64,000 bases of DNA, taken from positions 16,894-80,893 of the forward strand of contig JACRKZ010000082.1 in NCBI GenBank assembly GCA_016235455.1. The letters run 5' to 3'. Positions 17,816-27,800 of the stretch are shown in pieces. The notes beneath the pieces are model-generated. The model was given only the letters and a program-made list of their open reading frames with translations, made no database searches and had not been told where the DNA came from. This stretch comes from Armatimonadota bacterium (GTDB lineage: Bacteria > Armatimonadota > UBA10988). Within the stretch, counting starts at the first letter, position 1. Each line of letters starts with the position of its first letter. Position numbers and translations under genes: made by a program.

Positions 17816-19372
17816 TCAGCCCTCGGCGGCCGAATGCCCGCCGGACTGGCCGGTGGGCGCGGCACGGCGCGAGCCGGTCGTGGCGCGGCGCACCGCGGTG
17901 CGACCGACGCGGATCGGCCCGTCGACCAATTCGGGCACGTTGAAGGTGCAAGTCTCGCGCTCATGCAGGCGCGGATCGCTCCGCGGCACGACGAAGGGCT
18001 TGGAGGCGACACCCGCGGCGTCGACATAGCGCAGGTACGGTCGGGCCAGCAGGTTGTTGTCGCGCTTGCTCGCGCAGACGATCCAGCGGCTGTTACCGGA
18101 CCAGGAGTGCCAGGAGTCATGGCGCGTCGGCGCGGTCGACTCCAGGGCCACGGGTTGGGCTCCCGGCCGGGTCAGGTCCAGCAGGTACAGGTCGCTACGC
18201 TCCTGGAAGACCGGGAACGTGCCGGCCTCGCACAGGCAGAACAGCAGGAACCGGCCGTCGGGCGAGATGCGCGGCTCCAGCGCCGACCCGCCAACCGTCC
18301 GGGCGGAGACGACAGTCTCGGGTGACCCGAAACGGCCGGTCGCCTGGTCATAGGCCGCGCGGGCGATGTCGTAGCGCAGGTTCTTCTGCTGCGCCACGGG
18401 CATGTAGCTGCTCTCCGGCCAGAGCCTAGGCGCGGTGGCGAAGTAGAGCCATCGGCCGTCGGCCGACCAACAGGGGAAGGTCGGCAGTCGGCCGGGCGGA
18501 TTGATCTCGGGCGGGACGGTGACCTGACCGGTGGCCACGGTGTAGACAGCCAGGCTGGAGGCAACGTCGAGCGCGGCCTTGGCGCGGTCGGCCTGCGGGT
18601 AGTACTGCAGGATACGATTGCGCGAGAAAGCGATGGTCTGACCGTTGGGGTGCCAACTGGAGTAGCCGGCCGGCGGGCCGCTGCCGCCGACGCGGGTGTC
18701 GGCCGCCTGCGCCTGAGAGCCGCGCACGACCACCATGGCGGGGTCGCCGGGGAACAACCGCGTGTGGAACACGAAGCTGTCGGCGCGGCGATCGTGGAAG
18801 GAGTGGCAGTTGAGGCATCCATCGCCGATGTCGTCGCGGGTGGCGATGGCGGTCTCGTCGAAGCCGCGCAGGTCGCGCTGGTAGATGCCCATCGGGCCGC
18901 TGGAGTCATAGAACGGCCGGAACCGGCGGTAGGCCAGGTAGTTCTCGACCGGCTCGGCGGCCACCGTCTGGCGTACGGGCTGGTAGCGGTTCCAGCGACC
19001 GTCATCGGCCCGCGCCCAGACGTCCAGTCGCAGTTCACGGCCACGATTGGCCGCGAGCAGCCGGTGCCAGCCCTTCAGCGGGAAGATCATGACACCATTG
19101 CGGCTGGACGCCGCCACGGTGCGTCCCTGGCCATCCGTCAGTCGGGCCAGGTAGCGGCGGCCGGACTCCACCACCATGAAGTTGAGCGGCGCGATGTTGG
19201 GTGGGATGACCAGGTCGGTGTAGTCCGGCTCCAGCCGGGGCGCCCGCGCGGTCGCGGTGCACTGGCTGTCCGGCGGCGGCCGTTCGTCGAGTCGGCGCCA
19301 CGCGGCCCGCGCGGCGCCCAGCAGCAGCAGCAGGGCGACCAGCAGCCACCAGCGGCGAGTGGGACGTGTCAT
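17816..19372 (-). CDS. TolB-like/PD40 beta-propeller protein with a CxxCH motif (copy 1)
   Basis: PDYTDLVIPPNIAPLNF, GCLNCHSF, and PD40 repeats (WHPNG, WSADG, ISPDG, WSGNS). N-terminal hydrophobic anchor. Confidence 0.85.
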   Translation of the reverse strand: MTRPTRRWWLLVALLLLLGAARAAWRRLDERPPPDSQCTATARAPRLEPDYTDLVIPPNIAPLNFMVVESGRRYLARLTDGQGRTVAASSRNGVMIFPLKGWHRLLAANRGRELRLDVWARADDGRWNRYQPVRQTVAAEPVENYLAYRRFRPFYDSSGPMGIYQRDLRGFDETAIATRDDIGDGCLNCHSFHDRRADSFVFHTRLFPGDPAMVVVRGSQAQAADTRVGGSGPPAGYSSWHPNGQTIAFSRNRILQYYPQADRAKAALDVASSLAVYTVATGQVTVPPEINPPGRLPTFPCWSADGRWLYFATAPRLWPESSYMPVAQQKNLRYDIARAAYDQATGRFGSPETVVSARTVGGSALEPRISPDGRFLLFCLCEAGTFPVFQERSDLYLLDLTRPGAQPVALESTAPTRHDSWHSWSGNSRWIVCASKRDNNLLARPYLRYVDAAGVASKPFVVPRSDPRLHERETCTFNVPELVDGPIRVGRTAVRRATTGSRRAAPTGQSGGHSAAEG

Positions 19373-21240
19373 CGGCCCAACCCCAGGCGCACCAGATAGA
19401 GGAAATAGGTGCCACTCATCTCGCGCTGCAGCTCCGGGTAGGCGGCCGCCATGCTGCCGCGATTGCGCTTGACGATGGTGCGGAACTGCCAGTAGCGCTC
19501 CTGGGCGGACTCCGGGATGGTCAGGCTCGCCAGGTCAGGCGGGGTCGGCAGCAGATCCCGGCCCAGCAGCGCGGCCTCGGCCCAGGCGCGCGGCAGTTCG
19601 GTCACGCCGCAGTCGCGCAGGCGATGCATCTCCAGCGCGGCATACTCCGGGTGCCCCTCGAGCAGGAAATGCGCGATGAGGTAGTCGAGCGCCATGCGGT
19701 TGCGCGGGTTCTCGCGCAGCAGGCTGGACAGGATTTCGGGGACGAGGTGCCACGCTCGTTCCTCGGCCTTGTCGGCGTAGCGGTTGATGTGCAGCAGGTC
19801 GTCGCCGCGCAGCATCACGGCCCGCCGGCGCAGAACCTCCGGGCTACTGGCGAGCGTCGGGTCGACGGCCAGCCGATGCAGCTCGCGCTGGGCCCAGCGG
19901 CGCCAGACCAGGTTGTCGCTGAGCGTGCGCAGGTAGGTCCGGGCGGCAGAGCTCATGCCTTTGACCATGTAGAGTTGCGCCAGCCGGCTGAGCACCACTG
20001 GGTTGTCATCGCCGAGCACCCAGGCGTTGTGCAGCGCATACTCGGCCAGGTTCAGGCGCCCCAGATCCAACCACTGGTCGACCATGCGGATCCGCGTGGC
20101 CAGGACATATGTCGTCTCGACCGACAGCAGCAGCGCATCGGCGCGCTGCGGCACCTGGAACATGGCCTCACCCAGGCGGCCCTGAGCAAAGAGCGCGCGA
20201 TTGACATCGAACGGCGCCAGCTCGTGCCGCGGTCCGCCACGCTCCAACTCGGCCAGGAGCTGGCCCCATTGGCCGTGCAGCGCGAGGAAGTCCATCCGGG
20301 CGCGCTGGCGGCCGGCCTTGTCGGCGGCGACGGTCGCCGCCAGCACCGCCACGAGGGCCACGAGGGCCACCTCGCCCAGCAGGCGCCGGACGCGACGGCC
20401 GCCGGACGACGGCGCCGCGCCAGCCCGCGCGGCCCGCCATGCGTGACACCGGGCGCGCAGCGGGTCGGCCACATACACAGCGGCTATCGCCGCCACCGCG
20501 TAGAGCAGCCACAACGACACAGCCAGGTCCACGGTCAGCCGACCAGGCGCGATGCCATAGCGCCACTGCGCCGGCAACGCCTGCAGGCCGAGGAGATCGG
20601 CCAACGACACCGCAGCCACACCCAGGGCCGGATAGACGGCGAGTGCCAGGCGACGCGACGACCCGGACAACGCGCCACACAGAGCACCGAAGGCCAACAC
20701 CAACAGGTATGTCGTGGCTGGGCCGGCCGCGCCCGCGACGCCATAGATCAATGCGGCGAGCAGCACCAGATAGCGCCCTAACCCGGTCGGCCCGGACGCG
20801 AAGATCAGGGCCGACGCCAGCATCGCCACGAGCATCGGCCCGAGCAGGAGCGGCTGGTCATAGCGAGCGGCGAGCAGCATATAGAGCACCACGGGGAGCA
20901 ACCGCGCGGCACGCGCGCGGCCGCCCGCCAGGCGCTGGAACAGCGCGCTCGTCAGCACCCCGATGAGCAGCGCGATCACAACGCGCACCAGGACGCCGGC
21001 CGCGTTGAAGGCATCAAGCTGGGCCAGGAACAGCCCTACATAGCGGACCGGTCCGCCCGAGTAGCCCAGCAGGTCCGCGGCGAACCCGCGTGTGCAGGCG
21101 AAGGGCGGCTGCTGTGCCTGGTAGATCAGGTAGGGCTGGACGGCATACACCAGGTGCAGCGAGAACCAGACCAGCAGGAGCCCGTCTATCCGCGCGGTTG
21201 TCAACCGTGCCAACTGCCAGGCTCTGCGCGTTGATGCCAT
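19369..21240 (-). CDS. DUF6057-like membrane protein (multi-TM N-terminus, TPR-like C-terminus) (copy 1)
   Basis: YLIYQAQQPPF, YSGGP..YVGLFLAQ, NPRNRMALDYLIAHFLL and C-terminal GTYFLY. The stop overlaps the next gene's ATG (ATGA). Confidence 0.75.
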   Translation of the reverse strand: MASTRRAWQLARLTTARIDGLLLVWFSLHLVYAVQPYLIYQAQQPPFACTRGFAADLLGYSGGPVRYVGLFLAQLDAFNAAGVLVRVVIALLIGVLTSALFQRLAGGRARAARLLPVVLYMLLAARYDQPLLLGPMLVAMLASALIFASGPTGLGRYLVLLAALIYGVAGAAGPATTYLLVLAFGALCGALSGSSRRLALAVYPALGVAAVSLADLLGLQALPAQWRYGIAPGRLTVDLAVSLWLLYAVAAIAAVYVADPLRARCHAWRAARAGAAPSSGGRRVRRLLGEVALVALVAVLAATVAADKAGRQRARMDFLALHGQWGQLLAELERGGPRHELAPFDVNRALFAQGRLGEAMFQVPQRADALLLSVETTYVLATRIRMVDQWLDLGRLNLAEYALHNAWVLGDDNPVVLSRLAQLYMVKGMSSAARTYLRTLSDNLVWRRWAQRELHRLAVDPTLASSPEVLRRRAVMLRGDDLLHINRYADKAEERAWHLVPEILSSLLRENPRNRMALDYLIAHFLLEGHPEYAALEMHRLRDCGVTELPRAWAEAALLGRDLLPTPPDLASLTIPESAQERYWQFRTIVKRNRGSMAAAYPELQREMSGTYFLYLVRLGLGR

Positions 21241-21285
21241 CGTTCCTCGGGTCGGCGCGGCCGCGGGCCGCGCTGGGGCAGGCGC

Positions 21286-21315
21286 ATTATGGCAGCGCTG
21301 CGGCGCGAGCGTCAA
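21286..21315 (-). promoter_or_regulatory. Sigma70-type promoter for module copy 1
   Basis: TTGACG-18 nt-CATAAT with a TGn extension, upstream of ATG 21240. Confidence 0.6.
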
Positions 21316-21326
21316 CCTCGCCAGGC

Positions 21327-22877
21327 TCACCCGTCGGGTGTCTGTGCCTCCTGGCGCTTCTCGGGCTCCGCGGGCCTGGCCGGAGCGGTGCAAGTCGGCG
21401 CCAGGGCGCGCTTGAGTTCGGCGCGCGACACGGTGATCGGCCCGCTGACGAACTCGGGCACGTTGTACGTTGCTGGGTTGCGGTCATCGTCGCGCGGGTC
21501 GCGCTGGGGCAGGACGAACGGCTTGGAGGCGCGCCCCTCAGCGTCGATATAGCGCAGGTAGAGCCGGGCCAGGAGGCCGTTGTCGCGTTTGCTGGCGCAG
21601 ACCAGCCAGCGACTGTTGCCCGACCACGCGTGGAACGAGTCATGCCGCGTCGGCGACTCGGCCTCCAGCGGCACGGGCCGGGAGCCGGGCCGCTGCAGGT
21701 CGAGCAGGTACAGGTCGCTGCGCTCGGCAAACACGGGGAAGCTGCCGCTGTCGGTCAGGCTGAACACCAGCCACCGGCCATCGGGCGAGATGCGCGGCTC
21801 CAGCGCCGACCCGCCGGTGTCGCGCGCGGCGACCACCGTCTCGGGCTGGCCGAAGGCGCTGGTGGCGGGATCGTAGGCGGCACGCTGGATGTCGTAGCGC
21901 ACCCGCGCCTGCTCCTCGATAGGCATGAACCGGGTCGTCGGCCACAGTCGCGGGGCGCTGGCAAAGTACAGCCAGCGCCCGTCGGGCGACCAGCAGGGGA
22001 AGGTGGGCAGTCGGCCCGGCGGGTTGAGCGCGGTCGGCACGGTCACCCGGCCGCTGTACACATCGTACAGGGCGAGGCTGGAGGCGGCATCGAGCGCGGC
22101 CTTGGAGCGTGGCCCGGCCTGCGGGAAGTACTGCATGATCTTGTTGCGCGAGTAAGCGATGGTCCGACCGCCCGGGTGCCACGAGGCGTACCCGGCAGGC
22201 GGCCCGTCGGGTTGCACCGTGCGCGCGCTGTTGCCCGACACAAGGGTCATGGCGGGCACACCGGCCTTGGGCCGCGAGTGGAAGAGGAACGAGTCAGGCC
22301 GCCGGTCGCGGAAGGTATGGCAGTTCATGCAGCCGCCGCCCACCTCGTCGCGGGTGATGACGGCCCGCTCAACGAAGGAGCGTAGATCGCGCTGACAGAT
22401 GAGCAGCGCGCCGGTGGAATTGTAGAACGGGCGGAACCGGCGGTAGACCACGTAGTCGTCCACTGGCTGCTCGGCCACATGGTTGACTACGGGCTCGAAC
22501 CGCTGCCAGCGGCCACGGGCGCCGCGCGCGAAGACCTCCAGGCGCAGGTCGCCACCGCGGTTGGCGCTGAGCAGCTCACGCCAACGGCGCTGGGGCAGGC
22601 TGATCACACCCGAGCGGCTGGTCACGTCGAGCCGGCGGCCGCGCGCCGCGCTAAGGCGCACGTGGTACCGAGTGCCTGGCTCGGCCACCCGGAGGTTGAG
22701 CGGCGCGATGTTGGGCGGGATGACCAGCCCGGCGTAATCGGGCCGCAGACGCGGCGCTCGAGCCACCGACTCGCAGCGCCCGGCGGCAGGCGGGCCCGCG
22801 GGCCACAGCCAACGTGCGACCAGCAGCACCGCCAGCGCCGCACCAGCCATGCGCCACCATCTCGGGCGAAGTGTCAT
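21327..22877 (-). CDS. TolB-like/PD40 beta-propeller protein with a CxxCH motif (copy 2)
   Basis: PDYAGLVIPPNIAPLNL and GCMNCHTF; colinear with 17816..19372 along its whole length. Confidence 0.85.
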   Translation of the reverse strand: MTLRPRWWRMAGAALAVLLVARWLWPAGPPAAGRCESVARAPRLRPDYAGLVIPPNIAPLNLRVAEPGTRYHVRLSAARGRRLDVTSRSGVISLPQRRWRELLSANRGGDLRLEVFARGARGRWQRFEPVVNHVAEQPVDDYVVYRRFRPFYNSTGALLICQRDLRSFVERAVITRDEVGGGCMNCHTFRDRRPDSFLFHSRPKAGVPAMTLVSGNSARTVQPDGPPAGYASWHPGGRTIAYSRNKIMQYFPQAGPRSKAALDAASSLALYDVYSGRVTVPTALNPPGRLPTFPCWSPDGRWLYFASAPRLWPTTRFMPIEEQARVRYDIQRAAYDPATSAFGQPETVVAARDTGGSALEPRISPDGRWLVFSLTDSGSFPVFAERSDLYLLDLQRPGSRPVPLEAESPTRHDSFHAWSGNSRWLVCASKRDNGLLARLYLRYIDAEGRASKPFVLPQRDPRDDDRNPATYNVPEFVSGPITVSRAELKRALAPTCTAPARPAEPEKRQEAQTPDG

Positions 22878-24778
22878 TGCCCCAGCCTCGCGTGCGCCAC
22901 ATAGAGGAAGTAGGTGCCGGCGAACTCGCGCTCCAGCCGTGGCAGTGCCGCGCGCAGGTCGTTGTCGTACTCGGCCACAACGGCTTTGAACCGGCCGTAG
23001 CGGCGCGATGTGGCCTCATCGATGGCCAGGCCCGAGAGATCGGGCCGCGGGCCAGGCAGATCGAGCGCCACCAGGGCGCCCTCGGCCCAGGCGCGCGGCA
23101 GGGCCGTCTCGCCGAAGTCGCGCAACCGATGCATCTCGGCGGCGGCGAAGTTGGGCCGTCCGGCGAGCAGGAAGTAGGACACCAGGTACTCGAAGGCCAT
23201 GCGATGCCGCGGATGGCAGCGCAACGGGCCGGCCAGTACCTCCGGGTCGATGTACCAGGCCCGCTGCTCGGGGCGGTCGGCGTAGCGATTGATGAACAGC
23301 AGGTCGTCCTCGGTCAGCCGGATCGACCGCAGCCGCTGGATCTCGGGGTCGCCGTTGAGGCTCGGATCGACCTCGATCTGGCGAAGCCGCTCACGGGCCC
23401 AGCGCCGCCAGACCAGGTTGTCGAGCAGCATGGTCAGGTACAGCCGGGCCGCGGGCAGCCGGTCGTCGATCAGGTAGACGCGAGCCAGGCGACTGAGCAG
23501 AAACGGATTGTTGTCGCCCATGACCAGGGTGTTGTGCAGCACGTATTCGGCCAGGTGCAGGCGGCCCAGGTCGATGTACTGGTCGGCCAGCCGCACCCGT
23601 GCGGCGAGTTGGTAGGGCGTGTCCACCGTGAGCAACAGCGAATCGGGGCGCTGTGGCACCGCGAACATCGAACGCGCCAGCAAACCCTGATCGAACAGCG
23701 CGCGGTTGATGTCGTACGTGGCCAGATCGTAGGCGACGGGCCGCGCCGAGGCGGCGGCAAGCAGCTTGCGCCACTGGCCGTGGAGCGCGCAGTAGTCCAT
23801 GTAGGCGCGCTGGCCGCCAGCTTCATCCACCGTGACGCGTGTGGCCAGCAGGCTCAGCAGCCCCACCAGCGCCACGTTGCCCAGCAGCCGCAACTCCCCG
23901 GGCCGGGCGCGACGACGGCCGGCATCGGCCGGCGGTCGCTGGGCCCGGCGCTCGGCAAGGCCCTGCCAGCAGCGTGCCAGCGGCTCGGCCAGACCCGTGA
24001 CCAGCAGCGCCGCGACCGGATAGAAGCCCAGCAGCGCGATCAGCAGGTAGCCGGTGAAGCGGCTGCGCGGCCCAGCGTAGGTCCAAGATGGCGCGAAGGC
24101 ATGGAGCCCGCACCGACTGGCCGCCATGGCCACCAGCGGCGGCACGAGCAGGAACACGACAAACACCGCGACCGCCCGTCCAGGGCGGTCGGTGGCGCGG
24201 GCCGCCGCACAAGCGCAGAGCGTGGCCAACGCGGCCAGCGCCAACCACATCGACAGCGGGCCGGCCGCGCCGGCGGCGGCCACCTGGAACAACATGGCCA
24301 GCGGCAGATAGACGCGCAAGCGCCGCCCGCCAGCCAGGAAGAGCATCACGGCGCCGAGCGTCGCGACCAACAGCGGGCCAGCCAGCAGCGGCTGGTCGTA
24401 GCGCCCGCAGAGCAGCATGAACAGCGCCATCGGCACGAAGCGCAAGCCCGGCACGCGACGGCCGGCGGCCGCCGCCAGCGCGCGGTCGGTCATCAAGCCG
24501 ATGAACAGCGCCTCGCACACGCGGACCAGCGCACCCAACGTGCTGGATGCGTCGCACTGCGCGAGGAACAGGCCCAAATAGCGCAGCAGGCCGCCGGCGC
24601 CGAGCAGCAACGGTTGCGCAAACTCGCGCGTCATGGCAAACGGTGGCTGCTGCGCCTGGTAGATGAGGTACGGCTCCACCATCAGCATCAGGTAGACAGC
24701 GAACCAGACCAGCAGCCAGCTGTCGCCGCGAACCGCGGCGGCGGCCAGGGCAGTTCGGGCTCTGCGCAACGTATCCAT
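22874..24778 (-). CDS. DUF6057-like membrane protein (copy 2)
   Basis: Paralog of 19369..21240 (YLIYQAQQPPFA, DNLVWRRWA, AWAE.AL, GTYFLY). ATG 24778 is preferred because the upstream ATG/TTG lie inside the predicted promoter. Confidence 0.75.
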   Translation of the reverse strand: MDTLRRARTALAAAAVRGDSWLLVWFAVYLMLMVEPYLIYQAQQPPFAMTREFAQPLLLGAGGLLRYLGLFLAQCDASSTLGALVRVCEALFIGLMTDRALAAAAGRRVPGLRFVPMALFMLLCGRYDQPLLAGPLLVATLGAVMLFLAGGRRLRVYLPLAMLFQVAAAGAAGPLSMWLALAALATLCACAAARATDRPGRAVAVFVVFLLVPPLVAMAASRCGLHAFAPSWTYAGPRSRFTGYLLIALLGFYPVAALLVTGLAEPLARCWQGLAERRAQRPPADAGRRRARPGELRLLGNVALVGLLSLLATRVTVDEAGGQRAYMDYCALHGQWRKLLAAASARPVAYDLATYDINRALFDQGLLARSMFAVPQRPDSLLLTVDTPYQLAARVRLADQYIDLGRLHLAEYVLHNTLVMGDNNPFLLSRLARVYLIDDRLPAARLYLTMLLDNLVWRRWARERLRQIEVDPSLNGDPEIQRLRSIRLTEDDLLFINRYADRPEQRAWYIDPEVLAGPLRCHPRHRMAFEYLVSYFLLAGRPNFAAAEMHRLRDFGETALPRAWAEGALVALDLPGPRPDLSGLAIDEATSRRYGRFKAVVAEYDNDLRAALPRLEREFAGTYFLYVAHARLGQ

Positions 24779-24793
24779 CAGCTCACCACGGCG

Positions 24794-24823
24794 ATTATCC
24801 ATGCCGGCCGGTGGCGAAGTCAA
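24794..24823 (-). promoter_or_regulatory. Sigma70-type promoter for module copy 2
   Basis: TTGACT-18 nt-GATAAT on the minus strand. Confidence 0.55.
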
Positions 24824-24858
24824 ACCAGGCCGCGGGCGCGACCACCGTGCGCCCGGCC

Positions 24859-27800
24859 CTACGGGTACGTCCCGGGCGCATAGGTCGTCAGTCGCAGGCT
24901 GCGCACCTCGCCGGCGCCGGGCCCCGAGCGCACCAACTCAAGCTCGTTCGGCCCGTCATAGCGCAGCCAGCCGCCGATCTCGAGCATCATGCGCGGGCCA
25001 AACAGGTGATGGTGCCGTCGCACGAAGGTGCCATTGACGATCACGCCCAGCAGGCTGGTGGGCGCGTCGACATCGAGCATGACCCGCTTGCCGCGCCAGG
25101 ACTCGGGCACGGTCACCTGCCGTCGGGCCATGGTGCCGCTCCAGGCACCCGGCAGCGGACGCGGCGCTTCGCGGCTCAAGCCGTCGGGGCTGGGCTCCCA
25201 GGCGCCAGCCAGGTCGAGCGTCGATTCGGGCTTGGGGATGAAGGCCAGCCAGCAGGTACCACGCGGTCCGCCTACCGCGCCGGCGCAACGTGCCTCCACG
25301 GCCAGCGTGTGCGTCGAGCCGGCGGTCAGCCGGCCGCCGCAGTCGTCGCCCTGCAGGCCGTCGGCGCGCCAGTCCTGCAGCAGTGTGCCATCGAGCCAGA
25401 TCCGCCCCTGATCGACAAACGTTGTGTTGAAGAAGCTGCGCAGCCAGAGCCGCACCTCGCCATCGCGCCAGGCCGCCGGCACTGTGAACCGGCGGCGGAA
25501 CAGAACCCGCTTGACCCCGGCGCGGCCCGGCCAGGTCCACACGCCCAGCCGGTCATGCGGCCAGGCCTTGTCGTCCACCTCGGTCTTGGCCATCGGCGCG
25601 GCATCCTCGTCGCCAGCCATCGCGCGGATCGACCAGTCTTGCGACAGGTCGTGAGCGAACCGCGCCGTCGGCTCGGGCAAGGGCGGCGTGTTGGCCGGGA
25701 TCACCGGCGCTCGCCACCAACTCCGTTGCAGTTCGAGCCAGCGGAGCCCGGCGCGCGGCAACTGCCCCTTGGGGCTCAGCAGCACCACCGCGTCGTAAGG
25801 CGCCAGGGTGATGCCCGTGGCCGAGGCCGGCTGGCCGTCGCGCACGTTGATCAGCGTGGTCGGCGCCCGCCGGTCGCGGAAGGTCAGGTCCGTGGTCACC
25901 GTTCTCGTGCCGCTCTGGTTCCACAGCGTCCACACGTCATACAGGCCGTTGTTGGTCTCCCAGCTACGCAGCAGCACTTCCTCGGCGTTGACCGTCGCGG
26001 GCACGCGCGGCACCTGGCGCCAGGCCAGCAGTTGGCCCATCAGCCTGGCCAGGCGCTGCATTTCGGGGCTGTTGCCGCCGGGCTCCACGCGGTCGAACAT
26101 GCTCCGCCCGTGGAACCGGCAACCCACCTGCACCACGAAGCCCCGGCCCATGGGCCGCAGGCCCACGGCCGTGCTGCCGTCGGCCCACCGCAGGAGATCG
26201 CGGCATTCGGGCGCCACTTTGGCCAGCGACAGGCCGTTGGCCGGCACGTCGCGCCAGTCGGCCGCGGGCAGGATGCTCTCGCCGTCGATGCCGGCCAGCC
26301 GGCGCGACGCATCCACCGGGTCGATGGCCGCCACGCGATAGCCGGTGAGCCGCGCGATGGGCCAGCTATCAGGCTCGGTGGGTGTGTGTCGGCCGGTCTG
26401 AGCATAGGTGACGAAGGTGCCGCCGGCACGCACCCAGGCCTCGACGCGGTCGACCAGCCGGGGTTCCATGATGGTCGTGTTCGTGTCGAGGATGACGCGG
26501 TACCTGGCCGCCGAACCGCCAGGCACCAGGTCGGACTCCGAGATGGCGTCGCGCTGGTAGTCCGACCGCAGCACGGCGCCCACGTTCCACCGCCAGTAGC
26601 CAGCGCCGAGGTTGACCGACGGGTCATCGCCCCACGGCCATTCGGTCAGGGCGTTGGCCCGCGCGCTCATCAGAAGCGCCACCTGCGCCGCGGGCTGATG
26701 GAACTTGCCAATGAGGTGGATGACGTTCTGCTGCGCTTCGAAGTGCTCACGCATGGGCTGGTTCCACATCACGTTGCCCATGTGGATGAAGTAGTCCAGG
26801 CCTTGGATGCCCTCGCTCAGCCACAGCCCGAGTTGCTTCTTGAACTCGGGCAGGTCGCTCGCCGGCCCGCCTGGCTCGCACGAGAACGGCAGACCCGCGC
26901 CACGCATGAGCATGGGCAACGGTTCGGCATAGAAGCCACCCATATACCCGGTGTTGTGGAAGTTGCCGCCCAGCGATACGGCCAACTGCTTCAGCCCGTC
27001 GGCATAACCATCGGGCGCCATGAGCGTGATCTGGCGGTTAGGGTCGGCCTGCCGGATCATGGTCATGCCACGCCGGCAGGTCTCCACGCGCGACCAGCCG
27101 ATCCAGTCCACCAGATCGACCCACTGCGCGTTGCGCTGTGGCCCGAGCGCCGGGTACTGCAGCGGAGCGTCGCCCGACAGGTAGACCCGGTAGCCCAGGT
27201 AGCCTTGAGGCACGCTCAGCGTGATCTGGTTGTCGCCGTCGCGCAGCACGTCGGTCACGTCGGCCGCCACCCAGTGCGGCACGGGGTGCTTGACTGGCGT
27301 CTCGCTGACCTTGCGCCCATTGACCCACACCGCCACCGGCTTGCCCCAGTCCTGGTTGAGGTCCCACAGATAGAGGAAGCGCTTGGCATGGGCCGCGCGC
27401 CAGGCCGCGGGCACGGCGACCGTGCGGCGGTACAGCGCGCGCTTCCGGGGCAGGAACATGGTGCGGTCGTGGCCCGGCGCGACCACGGTGGGCCAGGCCG
27501 AATCATCGAACTGCGCCGACGACCACGCCGCCGGCGAGTCAGCCTCGGGATAGGCCACGCGCCAGGCGCCGCTCAGGTCGATCGCCTGCGGCCCCCAGCC
27601 CAGGAACGAGGCCAGCTCGGGCACCCGCACGTCGTCCCAGGTGGGTAGCCGGCCCGGCTCGCCATACCAGCGGCGGCTGATGGTCGCCAGGTCGCCATAC
27701 GTCGCCCGCAGGTACCGCCGATAGCCCGCGTCGGCCACGGGACCGTGTTCGAGTAGGATGTCGAACGCGCCATGCTTCAGTTCACCGTGCGGCTCGAGCC

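Noticed and set aside
22814-27648. Long plus-strand ORFs (689 aa, 945 aa) and similar ones at 4486, 5933, 38481 and 58002
   Set aside because: They are antisense to well-supported genes. Long stop-free shadow frames are expected at this GC content.
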